DNA from: Nitrospiraceae bacterium
Lineage (GTDB): Bacteria > Nitrospirota > Thermodesulfovibrionia > Thermodesulfovibrionales > Dissulfurispiraceae
Length of the DNA: 64,000 bases
Direction: 5' to 3'
Assembly (NCBI GenBank): GCA_012517735.1
Contig: JAAYUK010000063.1
Coordinates: 2,671 to 66,670 of the forward strand
A program made the translations under genes and the position numbers. This document shows positions 1-8,730 of this stretch, piece after piece; position 1 is the first letter of the stretch, and each line of letters begins with the position of its first letter. The notes beneath the pieces were generated by a model, which made no database searches, was not told the DNA's origin, and worked only from the letters and a program-made list of their open reading frames with translations.

Positions 1-708
<708 letters not shown>

Positions 709-810
709 CGCCCACCTCCGGTGAGGATAAGGGTGGGGTTAGCAGTTGGCAAAGATGATTGCAGATTGATGAATGATGAATTGAAAAAATTATTCTGGCA
801 GTGTATTCAT

Positions 811-835
811 CAATCTGAAATCGACAATCTGAAAT
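811..835 (+). repeat. Tandem direct repeat CAATCTGAAAT-CGA-CAATCTGAAAT upstream of fba (possible regulator site)
   Basis: Two exact 11-mers spaced 14 bp apart, 50-75 bp upstream of the fba ATG at 886. Confidence 0.5.
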
Positions 836-885
836 TTATTACTACCCTGCGGTTCGCCGCGGCAGAGAACGGAAGGAGATGCACC

Positions 886-1863
886 ATGGCAGATCGGTTG
901 TATGCAGAACTGGGACTTTCCAATACCCGCGAGATGTTCAAAAAGGCAATGGCCGGAGGCTATGCCATTCCGGCTTACAACTTCAACAACCTTGAGCAGC
1001 TGCAGGCGATTATCGGCGGCTGCGCCGAGAGCAGGTCTCCCGTTATTCTCCAGGTCTCCAGCGGTGCACGCAAATACGCCAACCAGACACTGCTGCGCTA
1101 TATGGCAAAGGGTGCGGTCGAGATGTGCCGCAAGGAGCTGAAGAGCGAAATCCCGATCGCCCTTCATCTCGATCATGGCGACACGTTTGAGCTCTGCAAA
1201 TCCTGTGTCGAGTATGGCTTCTCGTCGGTCATGATCGACGGCTCCCACCACTCTTATGAAAAGAATGTCGAACTGACCGCACAGGTCGTCGAATATGCTC
1301 ATAAATACGACGTGACGGTCGAGGGTGAACTGGGTGTTCTTGCCGGTATCGAGGATGATGTCAAGGCGGAAGTGTCGCACTATACCGATCCGAATCAGGT
1401 CGAGGATTTTGTGAAGAAGACCGGTGTTGATTCCCTGGCTATCTCGATCGGCACGTCACATGGCGCGTACAAGTTCAAATGCAAACCGGGTGAAGTGCCG
1501 CCGCTTCGGTTCGATATCCTCGACGAGATCGAAAAAAGGCTTCCGGGTTTCCCGATTGTCCTGCATGGCGCGTCATCGGTGCTGCAGGAGTATGTCGCGA
1601 TGATCAACCAGTATGGCGGCAAGATGGAAAACGCGGTCGGCGTGCCGGAAGAGCAGCTGCGCCGTGCAGCCAAATCGGCCGTCTGCAAGATCAACATCGA
1701 CAGCGACGGACGGCTCGTGGTCACGGCAATTGTCAGAAAGATGCTCGCCGAGAATCCGGCCGAGTTCGATCCTCGCAAGTATCTCGGCGCCGCACGCGAA
1801 GAGCTGAAGAAGATGATCATTGCCAAGAACACGAATGTTCTCGGGTCCGCAGGGCAGGGGTAA
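886..1863 (+). CDS. fba: Fructose-bisphosphate aldolase, class II
   Basis: MADRLYAELGL..IPAYNFNNLEQ..LHLDHG..TVEGELG..SIGTSHGAYKF..LHGASS is a class II FBA signature. ATG at 886 is preceded by GGAAGGAG; the longer 721 start in the ORF track was rejected. Confidence 0.93.
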   Translation: MADRLYAELGLSNTREMFKKAMAGGYAIPAYNFNNLEQLQAIIGGCAESRSPVILQVSSGARKYANQTLLRYMAKGAVEMCRKELKSEIPIALHLDHGDTFELCKSCVEYGFSSVMIDGSHHSYEKNVELTAQVVEYAHKYDVTVEGELGVLAGIEDDVKAEVSHYTDPNQVEDFVKKTGVDSLAISIGTSHGAYKFKCKPGEVPPLRFDILDEIEKRLPGFPIVLHGASSVLQEYVAMINQYGGKMENAVGVPEEQLRRAAKSAVCKINIDSDGRLVVTAIVRKMLAENPAEFDPRKYLGAAREELKKMIIAKNTNVLGSAGQG

Positions 1864-1869
1864 AAGGCA

Positions 1870-1904
1870 GTGATGGGTAAAGACGGTGAAGAGTGAAGAG
1901 TATG
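1870..1904 (+). repeat. Heptad-periodic purine-rich repeat, copy B (just after the fba stop)
   Basis: GTGATGG GTAAAGA CGGTGAA GAGTGAA GAGTATG. Same motif family as 660-708, 9602-9622 and 9737-9799. Confidence 0.5.
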
Positions 1905-1948
1905 ACCTGAGCAGGATTGCAGCATAGGCGTCTGTCCAGACAGAAGCG

Positions 1949-1984
1949 AGCGGGTTTCCGGGGTATCGGGAACCCGCTTTCTTA
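1949..1984. terminator. Intrinsic terminator hairpin between convergent fba and the AraC-family gene
   Basis: AGCGGGTTTCCG-gggtat-CGGGAACCCGCT forms a 12-bp stem followed by TTTCTT. Confidence 0.7.
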
Positions 1985-2006
1985 TCGAAATCGCAGTCTT
2001 GAAAAA

Positions 2007-2819
2007 TTATGCCATTGTCTGCAGTCTGCGGAACTGGACAGGCGAGCAGCTGAACGTTCTTTTGAAATCCGTGAAGAAGGACGAGACTGAAGTATATCCG
2101 CATTGATACGCCACATCCAGCATTTTTGCGTCCGCGGTATTGAGCAGGATAGATGCTTTCAGCATGCGGAACATCCTGAGATACGCAAAGACGGTAACGT
2201 CCATTTCATCCCTGAACCTTCGCGAGAGCTGTCTGAATGACAGCAAAGCGATTGCCGCACAATCAGCTGCCGTGATCTTCCGGTGATACTGCTGTTCGAT
2301 ATATGCACAGAGCTTCCGGTTAGTTTCGTCGGCGGGAGTTCGTAGTTCCAGTAATGCCGATGCCCCACGAAGGTCATGCTCCAGGACTTTGATGAACAGA
2401 TTCAGGCAGTCACGCTCCATTCCCCGGTTCAGGTTCCTGAGGGGCTCCCCGCTGTTGAGCTGATGGAGCAGTGAGCGCCCCAGCTCGCTCATGCGGAAAA
2501 TGACGATCTGCTTTGGAAACAACCCGGAGAGCGAGGCAGAGAAGTACAGCGACTGATACTCGACCAGCTCCCCGAGGACTCTGGTTCTGTGCGGGACACG
2601 GGCCGGAATGAATGCTGTCAGAAAGCCGTACTGCGGTCTGGTCATATGCCCGTCTTCCAGCAGGGCGACTCCGTGGCTGATCCGGAGGACCTGATGAAAA
2701 GGGTGTACGTGCAATGTGTCGGATGAGAAATCCTCAAGACTTCCCTTTAGTCCGACGCCGCAGAAACCTTTCTTTCGAATGCCGAAATCAATGATTTCCA
2801 TGGAATGTCCGAATTTCAT
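2007..2819 (-). CDS. AraC family transcriptional regulator
   Basis: C-terminal double HTH (..ITAADCAAIALLSFRQLSRRFRDEM..LDVAYQCGYTSVSSFFTDFKRTFSCSP) with a cupin-like N-terminal domain. Confidence 0.85.
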   Translation of the reverse strand: MKFGHSMEIIDFGIRKKGFCGVGLKGSLEDFSSDTLHVHPFHQVLRISHGVALLEDGHMTRPQYGFLTAFIPARVPHRTRVLGELVEYQSLYFSASLSGLFPKQIVIFRMSELGRSLLHQLNSGEPLRNLNRGMERDCLNLFIKVLEHDLRGASALLELRTPADETNRKLCAYIEQQYHRKITAADCAAIALLSFRQLSRRFRDEMDVTVFAYLRMFRMLKASILLNTADAKMLDVAYQCGYTSVSSFFTDFKRTFSCSPVQFRRLQTMA

Positions 2820-2895
2820 ACTATTTTGTCATTTCTCCGATTGTTTGTCAAAGCACTTCGCCGTAAACTGAAAGAAAAGAGAGGAGAATGATGAG

Positions 2896-3375
2896 ATGAG
2901 ACAGCAAAGAGTGCGGATTCTGATGGTTATCATGGGTGTACTGATCGGGGTATTCATTTTTGGGGGAGGAAGCGCAATGGGTGAGGACCGATTTGAGCGG
3001 GGATTCAAAAAGCTGGAAGAGATCGATGGAGAAGCCGGGAAACGGGTGATCGAAAGCCTGCGGGATATCGCGCCGGATCTTGCCCGGTATACCATTGAAT
3101 TTCCGTTCGGCGATGTGTACTCACGCGGCGGACTCGATCTGAAATCGCGCGAGGTCGCTACCATTGCGGCGCTGACCGCATTGGGCAATGCTGCGCCGCA
3201 GCTGAAAGTCCACATTCATGCGGGACTCAATGTCGGGCTGAAACCTGAAGAGATTACCGAGGTAATCATCCAGATGGCGGTTTATGCAGGGTTTCCCGCC
3301 GCCCTGAACGGGATGTTCGCAGCAAAGGAGGTTTTCCGGGAGCGGGGAATTGTCATGAAGCAACTCCCCCGATAG
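2896..3375 (+). CDS. Carboxymuconolactone decarboxylase (CMD/AhpD-like) family protein with N-terminal signal/TM segment
   Basis: ..FPFGDVYSRGGLDLKSREVATIAALTALGNAAPQLKVHIHAGLNVGL..EVIIQMAVYAGFPAALN is a CMD family pattern. Hydrophobic N-terminus ILMVIMGVLIGVFIFGG; GAGGAG RBS. Confidence 0.8.
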   Translation: MRQQRVRILMVIMGVLIGVFIFGGGSAMGEDRFERGFKKLEEIDGEAGKRVIESLRDIAPDLARYTIEFPFGDVYSRGGLDLKSREVATIAALTALGNAAPQLKVHIHAGLNVGLKPEEITEVIIQMAVYAGFPAALNGMFAAKEVFRERGIVMKQLPR

Positions 3376-3387
3376 CGCAGTGAGCAC

Positions 3388-3424
3388 AAGAGGGTCGGAG
3401 AAGCGCATGCCGACCCTCTTTGAT
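3388..3424 (+). terminator. Hairpin terminator downstream of the CMD gene
   Basis: AAGAGGGTCGG-11 nt-CCGACCCTCTT is a perfect 11-bp stem followed by TGAT. The U-tract is weak and is now followed by the MITE insertion. Confidence 0.55.
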
Positions 3425-3611
3425 CCCCAAATTGTCATTGGATTTGACCCTATAACGCTCCGAGCCTGGCTGGACTGGCAACAGAGCGGATTTATTCGGC
3501 GAAGCGGCACATACAGGATGTATGTGCCAGGCGAATACCTCGGAGGACGGCTGGATGCCGTTCGAGAATGAGCGGCGTTGCCTGTCCAGCCGGGCTAGTG
3601 ACAATTCTGGG
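3425..3611 (+). mobile_element. MITE copy 1 (187 bp, short variant)
   Basis: Ends CCCCAAATTGTCA...TGACAATTCTGGG (imperfect 13-bp TIR), flanked by direct TTGAT at 3420-3424 and 3612-3616. Homologous to 20073-20300 and 54083-54311. Confidence 0.8.
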
Positions 3612-3634
3612 TTGATCTGTTTCGCTCGCCGTAT

Positions 3635-4378
3635 CTATTTTTTCAGTTGGTTCGCAACGGCTTCCGCCGCCTTTTTGATCTCTTCAGGATCGCCGAGGTA
3701 ATAGTTCCTGATCGGTTTCAGATCAGCGTCGAGTTCGTACACCAGCGGCACGCCGGTCGGGATATTCAGTTCCACAATGTCAGCTTCGGAAATGTTGTCG
3801 AGGTATTTCACCAACGCGCGAAGGCTGTTGCCGTGCGCTGCGATAATGACGCGCTTGCCGCTCTTCACGACAGGGGCAATGGTTTCGAGCCAGTAGGGGA
3901 CAAAGCGGCTGACGGTCTCTTTCAGCGACTCGGTCAGCGGCAGGTCCGACGGATTCGCTCCCGCATAACGCGGGTCTTTTGCCGGGTTGCGCGGATCGTC
4001 CGCTGCAAGCGCTGGAGGTGGAATGTCGTAGCTTCTGCGCCAGATCTTCACTTGATCCATGCCGTGTTTCTCGGCGGTTTCCGCCTTGTTGAGCCCTTGC
4101 AGGGCTCCATAATGGCGCTCGTTGAGGCGCCAGCTGTTGTGAACCGGGATGTACATGAGATCCATCTCTTCGAGCGCGAGCCAGAGCGTCTTGATCGCCC
4201 GCTTCAGGACAGAGGTATAGGCAACATCAAAGACGAACCCGGCATCTTTCATCAGCTTGCCGGCTTTTTTTGCCTCTTCAATGCCTTTTTCGCTCAATGG
4301 CACATCGGTCCAGCCGGTGAATCGGTTTTCCTTGTTCCACTGGCTCTCGCCATGGCGGAGCAGAACTACTTTGTACAT
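3635..4378 (-). CDS. gpmA: 2,3-bisphosphoglycerate-dependent phosphoglycerate mutase
   Basis: [43 protein letters not shown] at 4378 has GGAGG 7 nt upstream; the track start at 4384 is a TTG. Confidence 0.95.
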   Translation of the reverse strand: MYKVVLLRHGESQWNKENRFTGWTDVPLSEKGIEEAKKAGKLMKDAGFVFDVAYTSVLKRAIKTLWLALEEMDLMYIPVHNSWRLNERHYGALQGLNKAETAEKHGMDQVKIWRRSYDIPPPALAADDPRNPAKDPRYAGANPSDLPLTESLKETVSRFVPYWLETIAPVVKSGKRVIIAAHGNSLRALVKYLDNISEADIVELNIPTGVPLVYELDADLKPIRNYYLGDPEEIKKAAEAVANQLKK

Positions 4379-4398
4379 ACGCAAACCTCCGAAAGATG

Positions 4399-4854
4399 TT
4401 ATTGGGGTGGTCCCTGCAATCCTCCCCGGAGCGGGCAGGCGCTGCTTGCCCGTTCCGCGATTGCAGTTTTTTTGCCGCAGTTATCAACACAGACAAAGGT
4501 GATGGTCGTCGAGAACACGAGTTCTTCATGGCCCTGCTGCAGATCCCGCGCATACACCTGAACCAGATAGCGGACCGACGTGGTGCCAAGACGATTCTGC
4601 CTTACGTCGAATCGCAGCAGGGAACCCTGACAGATGCTCTTTTTGAATTCGACCTTGTCCATGGCGACGGTCACAAAGTTGCAGCCCGGATACTCCATGC
4701 TGGCAGCGATATAGGCGACTTCGTCGACCCATTTCAGCATGTTGCCGCCGAAAAGAAAGCCATAGTGATTGAGATGCTCGGGCAGCACGATCTTGAAGTT
4801 TTCCATAATGATGCGGCAACGCTCCTTGCCAGAGGGTGTTTTCAAGTATACCAT
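4399..4854 (-). CDS. Acyl-CoA thioesterase (hotdog fold, YciA-like)
   Basis: ..[42 protein letters not shown].. is a typical hotdog thioesterase pattern. Start is uncertain (ATG at 4854 or 4806). Confidence 0.75.
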   Translation of the reverse strand: MVYLKTPSGKERCRIIMENFKIVLPEHLNHYGFLFGGNMLKWVDEVAYIAASMEYPGCNFVTVAMDKVEFKKSICQGSLLRFDVRQNRLGTTSVRYLVQVYARDLQQGHEELVFSTTITFVCVDNCGKKTAIAERASSACPLRGGLQGPPQ

Positions 4855-4928
4855 CTTTCCATGATGCGTCTGAAAAGTGCTTGGGGTATAATGACTGTAC
4901 AATCACTGTTGCAGAGAGAGGTGTGTCC

Positions 4929-6119
4929 ATGCAGAAGACGACTGCCGTTCCGAAAGGGTTCCGGTTTGCTACGGCCGAGGCTGCAATAAAAAAGCCGGGC
5001 AGAAAGGATCTTTCGCTGATCCTGAGTGATACGGATGCCGTCGCGGCCGGTATGTTTACGAAGAATGCCGTCAAGGCGGCGCCGGTGCGACTCGACCTGG
5101 AGCGCATTAAATCCGGCAGAGGCAGGGCGATTGTGATCAACAGCGGCAATGCCAATGCCTGTACCGGCGTGCAGGGCATGAAGGATGCTGCCGAGATGAC
5201 CCAGCTGGTTGCCGAATCGCTCGGTATTGCGGAAAAAAGCGTGTATGTCTGCTCGACCGGGGTCATCGGCACGCCGATGCCAATGGACCGGGTGCGCGCG
5301 AAGCTGCCGGAGCTGGCGTCTGCCGCGGGTACGGCGTCGTTTGACGATGTTGCGGCAGCGATCATGACGACCGATACGTTTCCGAAGATTCTGAGCGTGC
5401 GGAAAAAGATCGGCGGCAAACAGGTGACGATAGCCGGCATCTGCAAAGGCGCGGGCATGATCGCTCCGAACATGGCGACGATGCTTGGCTTTATCATCAC
5501 GGATACGGCGATCGACAGGGCGGCCCTGAAGGCGGCTCTGTCTGCTGCAGTGAAGACTTCGTTCAATCGGATCACGATCGACGGCGACATGTCGACCAAC
5601 GATACCGTGCTGATCATGGCAAACGGCGCTGCAGGCAATGTGCCGGTGAAGGCTGGGACTCCGGACTATGCGGTATTTGCTGCTGCTGTCGCAAAACTCT
5701 GCTATGAACTTGCCATGCTGATTGTCAGGGACGGCGAAGGTGCGACCAAGCTGGTCGAAGTCATCGTAAAAAATGCGAAGACCGAGGCCGAAGCCGAGAA
5801 AGCAGCATTTGCCGTAGCCAACTCCATGCTGGTGAAAACGGCGGTATACGGAAATGATGCCAACTGGGGCCGGCTCATTTGCGCGACCGGCTACTCCGGC
5901 GTCTCGGTTGATGACAGCAAGGTCGATATCTCGCTGAACGGACTGATGGTCTGCAGGAATGGCATGGCGACCGGAAAGGATATCGAGGCGAACGATCGGC
6001 TCAAGAATCCGACGGTAAAGATCATCATCGATCTCAAGCTCGGCAAGGGTATGGCGAAAGTGCTTACCTGCGATCTCACGGAGGGTTATATCAGGATTAA
6101 TGCGGAGTATCGCACATGA
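4929..6119 (+). CDS. argJ: Bifunctional glutamate N-acetyltransferase / amino-acid acetyltransferase
   Basis: MQKTTAVPKGFRFA..GICKGAGMIAPNMATMLGFIITDT (autoprocessing ATML site)..NDANWGRL..AEYRT. ATG at 4929. Confidence 0.95.
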   Translation: MQKTTAVPKGFRFATAEAAIKKPGRKDLSLILSDTDAVAAGMFTKNAVKAAPVRLDLERIKSGRGRAIVINSGNANACTGVQGMKDAAEMTQLVAESLGIAEKSVYVCSTGVIGTPMPMDRVRAKLPELASAAGTASFDDVAAAIMTTDTFPKILSVRKKIGGKQVTIAGICKGAGMIAPNMATMLGFIITDTAIDRAALKAALSAAVKTSFNRITIDGDMSTNDTVLIMANGAAGNVPVKAGTPDYAVFAAAVAKLCYELAMLIVRDGEGATKLVEVIVKNAKTEAEAEKAAFAVANSMLVKTAVYGNDANWGRLICATGYSGVSVDDSKVDISLNGLMVCRNGMATGKDIEANDRLKNPTVKIIIDLKLGKGMAKVLTCDLTEGYIRINAEYRT

Positions 6120-6457
6120 GGCTGAAAACGTTCGAACTCAAGGCGAAAGCAGCGGCTGCCGAGGGAGGAGAGCATATCTTCGGCAGTGCTGATACCGGCA
6201 GTCATGCCTGCTACATGATTTACGGTATGCTCAAGCCGGGTGAAACCGGTCGTCGCGTCAGACCGGGAGCCGGTCATGAGGAGATGATCCTGGCAGTTGT
6301 CGGCAGCCTTGAAGTTTCGGGCGATTACACCGGCATGCTGCCCGAAGGATCAGCGTTTCATCTGATCGGTGAGGAGACCTGTTATCTTGCCAATACCGGG
6401 GAGAAAGATGCTGTTTATGTGCTTGCCGGCGGACATTCCGACGGAGGGCATCACTGA
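6116..6457 (+). CDS. Small cupin-like protein (hypothetical)
   Basis: ATGA overlap with the argJ stop. 113 aa with beta-rich cupin-like pattern (..HEEMILAVVGSLEV..AFHL..YLANTGEKDAVYV). Family assignment is weak. Confidence 0.5.
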   Translation: MRLKTFELKAKAAAAEGGEHIFGSADTGSHACYMIYGMLKPGETGRRVRPGAGHEEMILAVVGSLEVSGDYTGMLPEGSAFHLIGEETCYLANTGEKDAVYVLAGGHSDGGHH

Positions 6458-6607
6458 TTTTTCGTAAGGCGATCAGGCTCTGGCGGGTGATGGGGGATAC
6501 GGCTTTCCCGGTGCGTTGCACAAACACTGCACCGTGGGAAAACTGCACACGACCATCCGTGCTGTTCTGTCGGAGCAGACAGGCGTATGGTACGAGGGGG
6601 CCTGATC

Positions 6608-6632
6608 AAGCCGGGAAGGGTCGGTTTTTTTT
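6608..6632 (+). terminator. Intrinsic terminator about 150 nt downstream of the cupin gene
   Basis: AAGCCG-ggaagggt-CGGTTT followed by a run of 8 T. Confidence 0.6.
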
Positions 6633-6671
6633 CGCCAAAACATGATATAGTTTCGGAAGAAAGGGGGGGGC

Positions 6672-7364
6672 ATGGTGCAGGAAAAAGAACGGGCAAAACG
6701 GGTCTATGTCAATTTTCCGGTTACGATCGGCGGTCTCATCAAGGCGACGGCCCTCGATCTCAGTCTGGAAGGCATCTTCATCGCCACCGACAGTCAGATA
6801 GCCAAGGGAGACGAAGTCATTGTAAATATCAGCGTTGACGGGTTCGATCTCGAGCTGCACGCGTGGGTGCTCTTTACCATTTCCGGATGGGGGTTCGGCG
6901 CGCGATTTCTCGGAAGGAAGCCTGAGGACATACGGAAGATCGAGGCGCTCATGCGGAGTCAGCAGATTGCCGAAGAACTGGGCGATGACGAAGAGCGGGG
7001 CAAGCCCACGATTCTTATTATCGATGATTCAGAGCAGTACTGGAAGCTGAAACTGCCGCATATGGAACGGGTTTTCAACATCATCAAGGTGGAGGACGGC
7101 GAGCAGGGGCTGAACGTTCTGAAACGGGCTCCGGTCGATCTGGTCATCAGTGAACTGAAGAACCGTCGTGCGGATGCGTTCCGGATTCTGCAGTTCATGG
7201 AAGTGAACCCGAAGATTCAATCGCCGATGCTGGTGCTGACCAGTCTGTATCGCCCGTCGGACCGGAAGCTGCTGAAAAAACGGGGCGCGGTGGGTTTTTT
7301 CGATAAGCTCAAAACGTCACAGGACAAACTTATTACGAAGATCAACGAAATACTGCTGGCATAA
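6672..7364 (+). CDS. PilZ domain + receiver (REC) domain protein
   Basis: N-terminus RVYVNFPV..DLSLEGIFI is PilZ-like. C-terminus ILIIDDSE..VDLVISELKN..LVLTS..FDKL is a receiver fold with Glu at the phospho-acceptor position. Confidence 0.75.
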   Translation: MVQEKERAKRVYVNFPVTIGGLIKATALDLSLEGIFIATDSQIAKGDEVIVNISVDGFDLELHAWVLFTISGWGFGARFLGRKPEDIRKIEALMRSQQIAEELGDDEERGKPTILIIDDSEQYWKLKLPHMERVFNIIKVEDGEQGLNVLKRAPVDLVISELKNRRADAFRILQFMEVNPKIQSPMLVLTSLYRPSDRKLLKKRGAVGFFDKLKTSQDKLITKINEILLA

Positions 7365-7388
7365 TCGGCCGGATTCCTACCAAAAGAG

Positions 7389-7421
7389 AACCCGAAGGAT
7401 CGTCAGTCTTTCGGGTTTTTT
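7389..7421. terminator. Bidirectional intrinsic terminator between the PilZ-REC gene and tyrS
   Basis: AACCCGAAGGA-tcgtcag-TCTTTCGGGTT followed by TTTTT; an A-run lies on the other side. Confidence 0.8.
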
Positions 7422-7454
7422 GTTATAAAAAAACGGTTTATGTCGCGAAGCCGG

Positions 7455-8687
7455 TCAGCTCTTGACCGCGGGCGAGATGCGGACTCGTGCGAATTTGCGT
7501 TTCCCCGCTTTAATGAGAAATACACCGATTTCCAGCTTGTGATTGGGGTCGTCAACGCGGATACCGTCAACGCTGACGCCCCCCTGCTTGATCAGCCGCA
7601 TTGCTTCGCCGGTACTGGAAGCCATAACAGCTGTTTTCATGACCTGGGGGAGCCAGAGGGTATTTTCGTTTTCAGCGCACCGTATCTCAAATTCAGGGAT
7701 ATCGTCCGGCACGCCGCCTTCGCGGAACACCTTGTCGAACTCGTCTTTTGCCTGCAGCGCGGCGTCTTTGCCCCAATACCGCTCCACAATTTCCATGGCA
7801 AAGGCTTCTTTTGCCTTCTTCGGGTGGATAGAGCCGTCTTTCAGACCGGCTTTGAGGGAGTTCAATTCATCGATGCTGATATGGCTCAGCAGCTCATAAT
7901 ACTTGATCATGAGCTTGTCAGTGATCGAGAGGAGCTTGCCGTACTGCTCTCGGGGCGATTCGGAAATGCCGACATAATTGTTGAGGCTTTTGGACATCTT
8001 CTTTACACCGTCCAGCCCTTCAAGAAGCGGCATCATGACCACGATCTGCTGGGGCTGGCCATACTCCTTCTGGAGCTCACGTCCCATGAGCAGGTTGAAT
8101 CGCTGATCAGTGCCGCCGAGTTCAACATCCGCTTCGAGCGCGACCGAATCATAGCCCTGCAGGAGCGGATAGATGAACTCGTGAATGCCGATGGCATTCT
8201 GGTTCTGGAAGCGTTGTTTGAAGTCTTCACGCTCGAGCATCCGGGCAACGGTCAGTTTTGCCTGGAGTCTGATCAGTTCCGTAACCGTCATGGACTCAAG
8301 CCACGTGCTGTTGAAGACGATCCGTGTTTTGGCAGGGTCGAGGATCTTGAAAACCTGCTCCTTGTATGTCTCCGCATTTGCCAGGACGTCGTCGCGGGTG
8401 AGCGGCTTGCGGGTCTCGGATTTGCCGGTCGGATCGCCGATCATGCCGGTGAAATCACCGATCAGGAAGATCACTTCATGGCCGAGCTCCTGAAACTGGC
8501 GCAATTTCTCGATCAGAACCGTATGACCGATGTGAATGTCGGGAGCGGTCGGGTCGAAGCCTGCCTTGATCTTCAGCGGACGGGCTTCCTGGTATGATTT
8601 GGTCAGTTTTTCGAGCAGTTCTTTTTCAAGGAGGATCTCGGTGGTGCCGCGTTTGATGATTTCAAGCTGTTTTTCCGGTGTAAGCAT
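7455..8687 (-). CDS. tyrS: Tyrosine--tRNA ligase
   Basis: HIGH motif (PDIHIGHTV), KMSKS motif (KKMSKS) and a C-terminal S4-like domain. ATG at 8687; the track start at 8693 is a TTG. Confidence 0.93.
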   Translation of the reverse strand: MLTPEKQLEIIKRGTTEILLEKELLEKLTKSYQEARPLKIKAGFDPTAPDIHIGHTVLIEKLRQFQELGHEVIFLIGDFTGMIGDPTGKSETRKPLTRDDVLANAETYKEQVFKILDPAKTRIVFNSTWLESMTVTELIRLQAKLTVARMLEREDFKQRFQNQNAIGIHEFIYPLLQGYDSVALEADVELGGTDQRFNLLMGRELQKEYGQPQQIVVMMPLLEGLDGVKKMSKSLNNYVGISESPREQYGKLLSITDKLMIKYYELLSHISIDELNSLKAGLKDGSIHPKKAKEAFAMEIVERYWGKDAALQAKDEFDKVFREGGVPDDIPEFEIRCAENENTLWLPQVMKTAVMASSTGEAMRLIKQGGVSVDGIRVDDPNHKLEIGVFLIKAGKRKFARVRISPAVKS

Positions 8688-8730
8688 AGACAACTATGAT
8701 AAAATGTCGTCAGAAACGAGGTCAACTCCA

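Noticed and set aside
721-885. N-terminal extension of fba in the ORF track (start at 721). Similar long 5' extensions appear for pyk (to 11421), tsaB (to 16985), nfo (from 8536), murG (from 33001) and rsmH (from 22093).
   Set aside because: Internal ATGs with good RBSs coincide with the conserved N-termini of the families or with ATGA/TGATG coupling to the upstream gene. The extensions overlap neighbouring genes or repeat DNA.
3380-3571. Small ORFs running through the three repeat copies (3380-3571 +, 20113-20397 -, 20133-20345 -, 53973-54356 +, 54056-54493 -). They share peptide strings such as WQQSGFIRRSGTYRMYV.
   Set aside because: The shared peptides only reflect nucleotide identity of the MITE copies. 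Indels between copies shift the frame, the ORF boundaries differ in every copy, and there are no RBSs. This is not a conserved coding sequence.
3425-3611. Interpreting the three-copy element as a conserved structured ncRNA gene (6S-like rod, omega/bridge-type guide RNA, retron msr/msd).
   Set aside because: Each copy is bounded by inverted termini and a different perfect 5-bp direct duplication, which indicates transposition. No reverse transcriptase, TnpB/IscB or IS110-type gene is adjacent. Expression as RNA is not excluded, but 'RNA gene' is not the best-supported call.
6458-6671. Possible c-di-GMP riboswitch upstream of the PilZ-REC gene.
   Set aside because: I could not find the GEMM-I or GEMM-II conserved cores. 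A terminator and a separate -10 box lie between the structure and the gene, so it is more likely a 3'-UTR or sRNA-type element.
7440-8597. 385-aa plus-strand ORF opposite tyrS. Similar long antisense ORFs lie opposite gpmA (3647-4561), argJ (4526-5638), rsmH/ftsI (22896-24026), murE (25559-26824), murG (32977-33975) and ftsQ/ftsA (37319-38488).
   Set aside because: Each lies fully inside a gene with unmistakable family motifs on the other strand. Their translations are low-complexity (Arg/Ala/Gly/Pro-rich) with no recognisable domains. These are typical shadow ORFs of GC-rich coding DNA.
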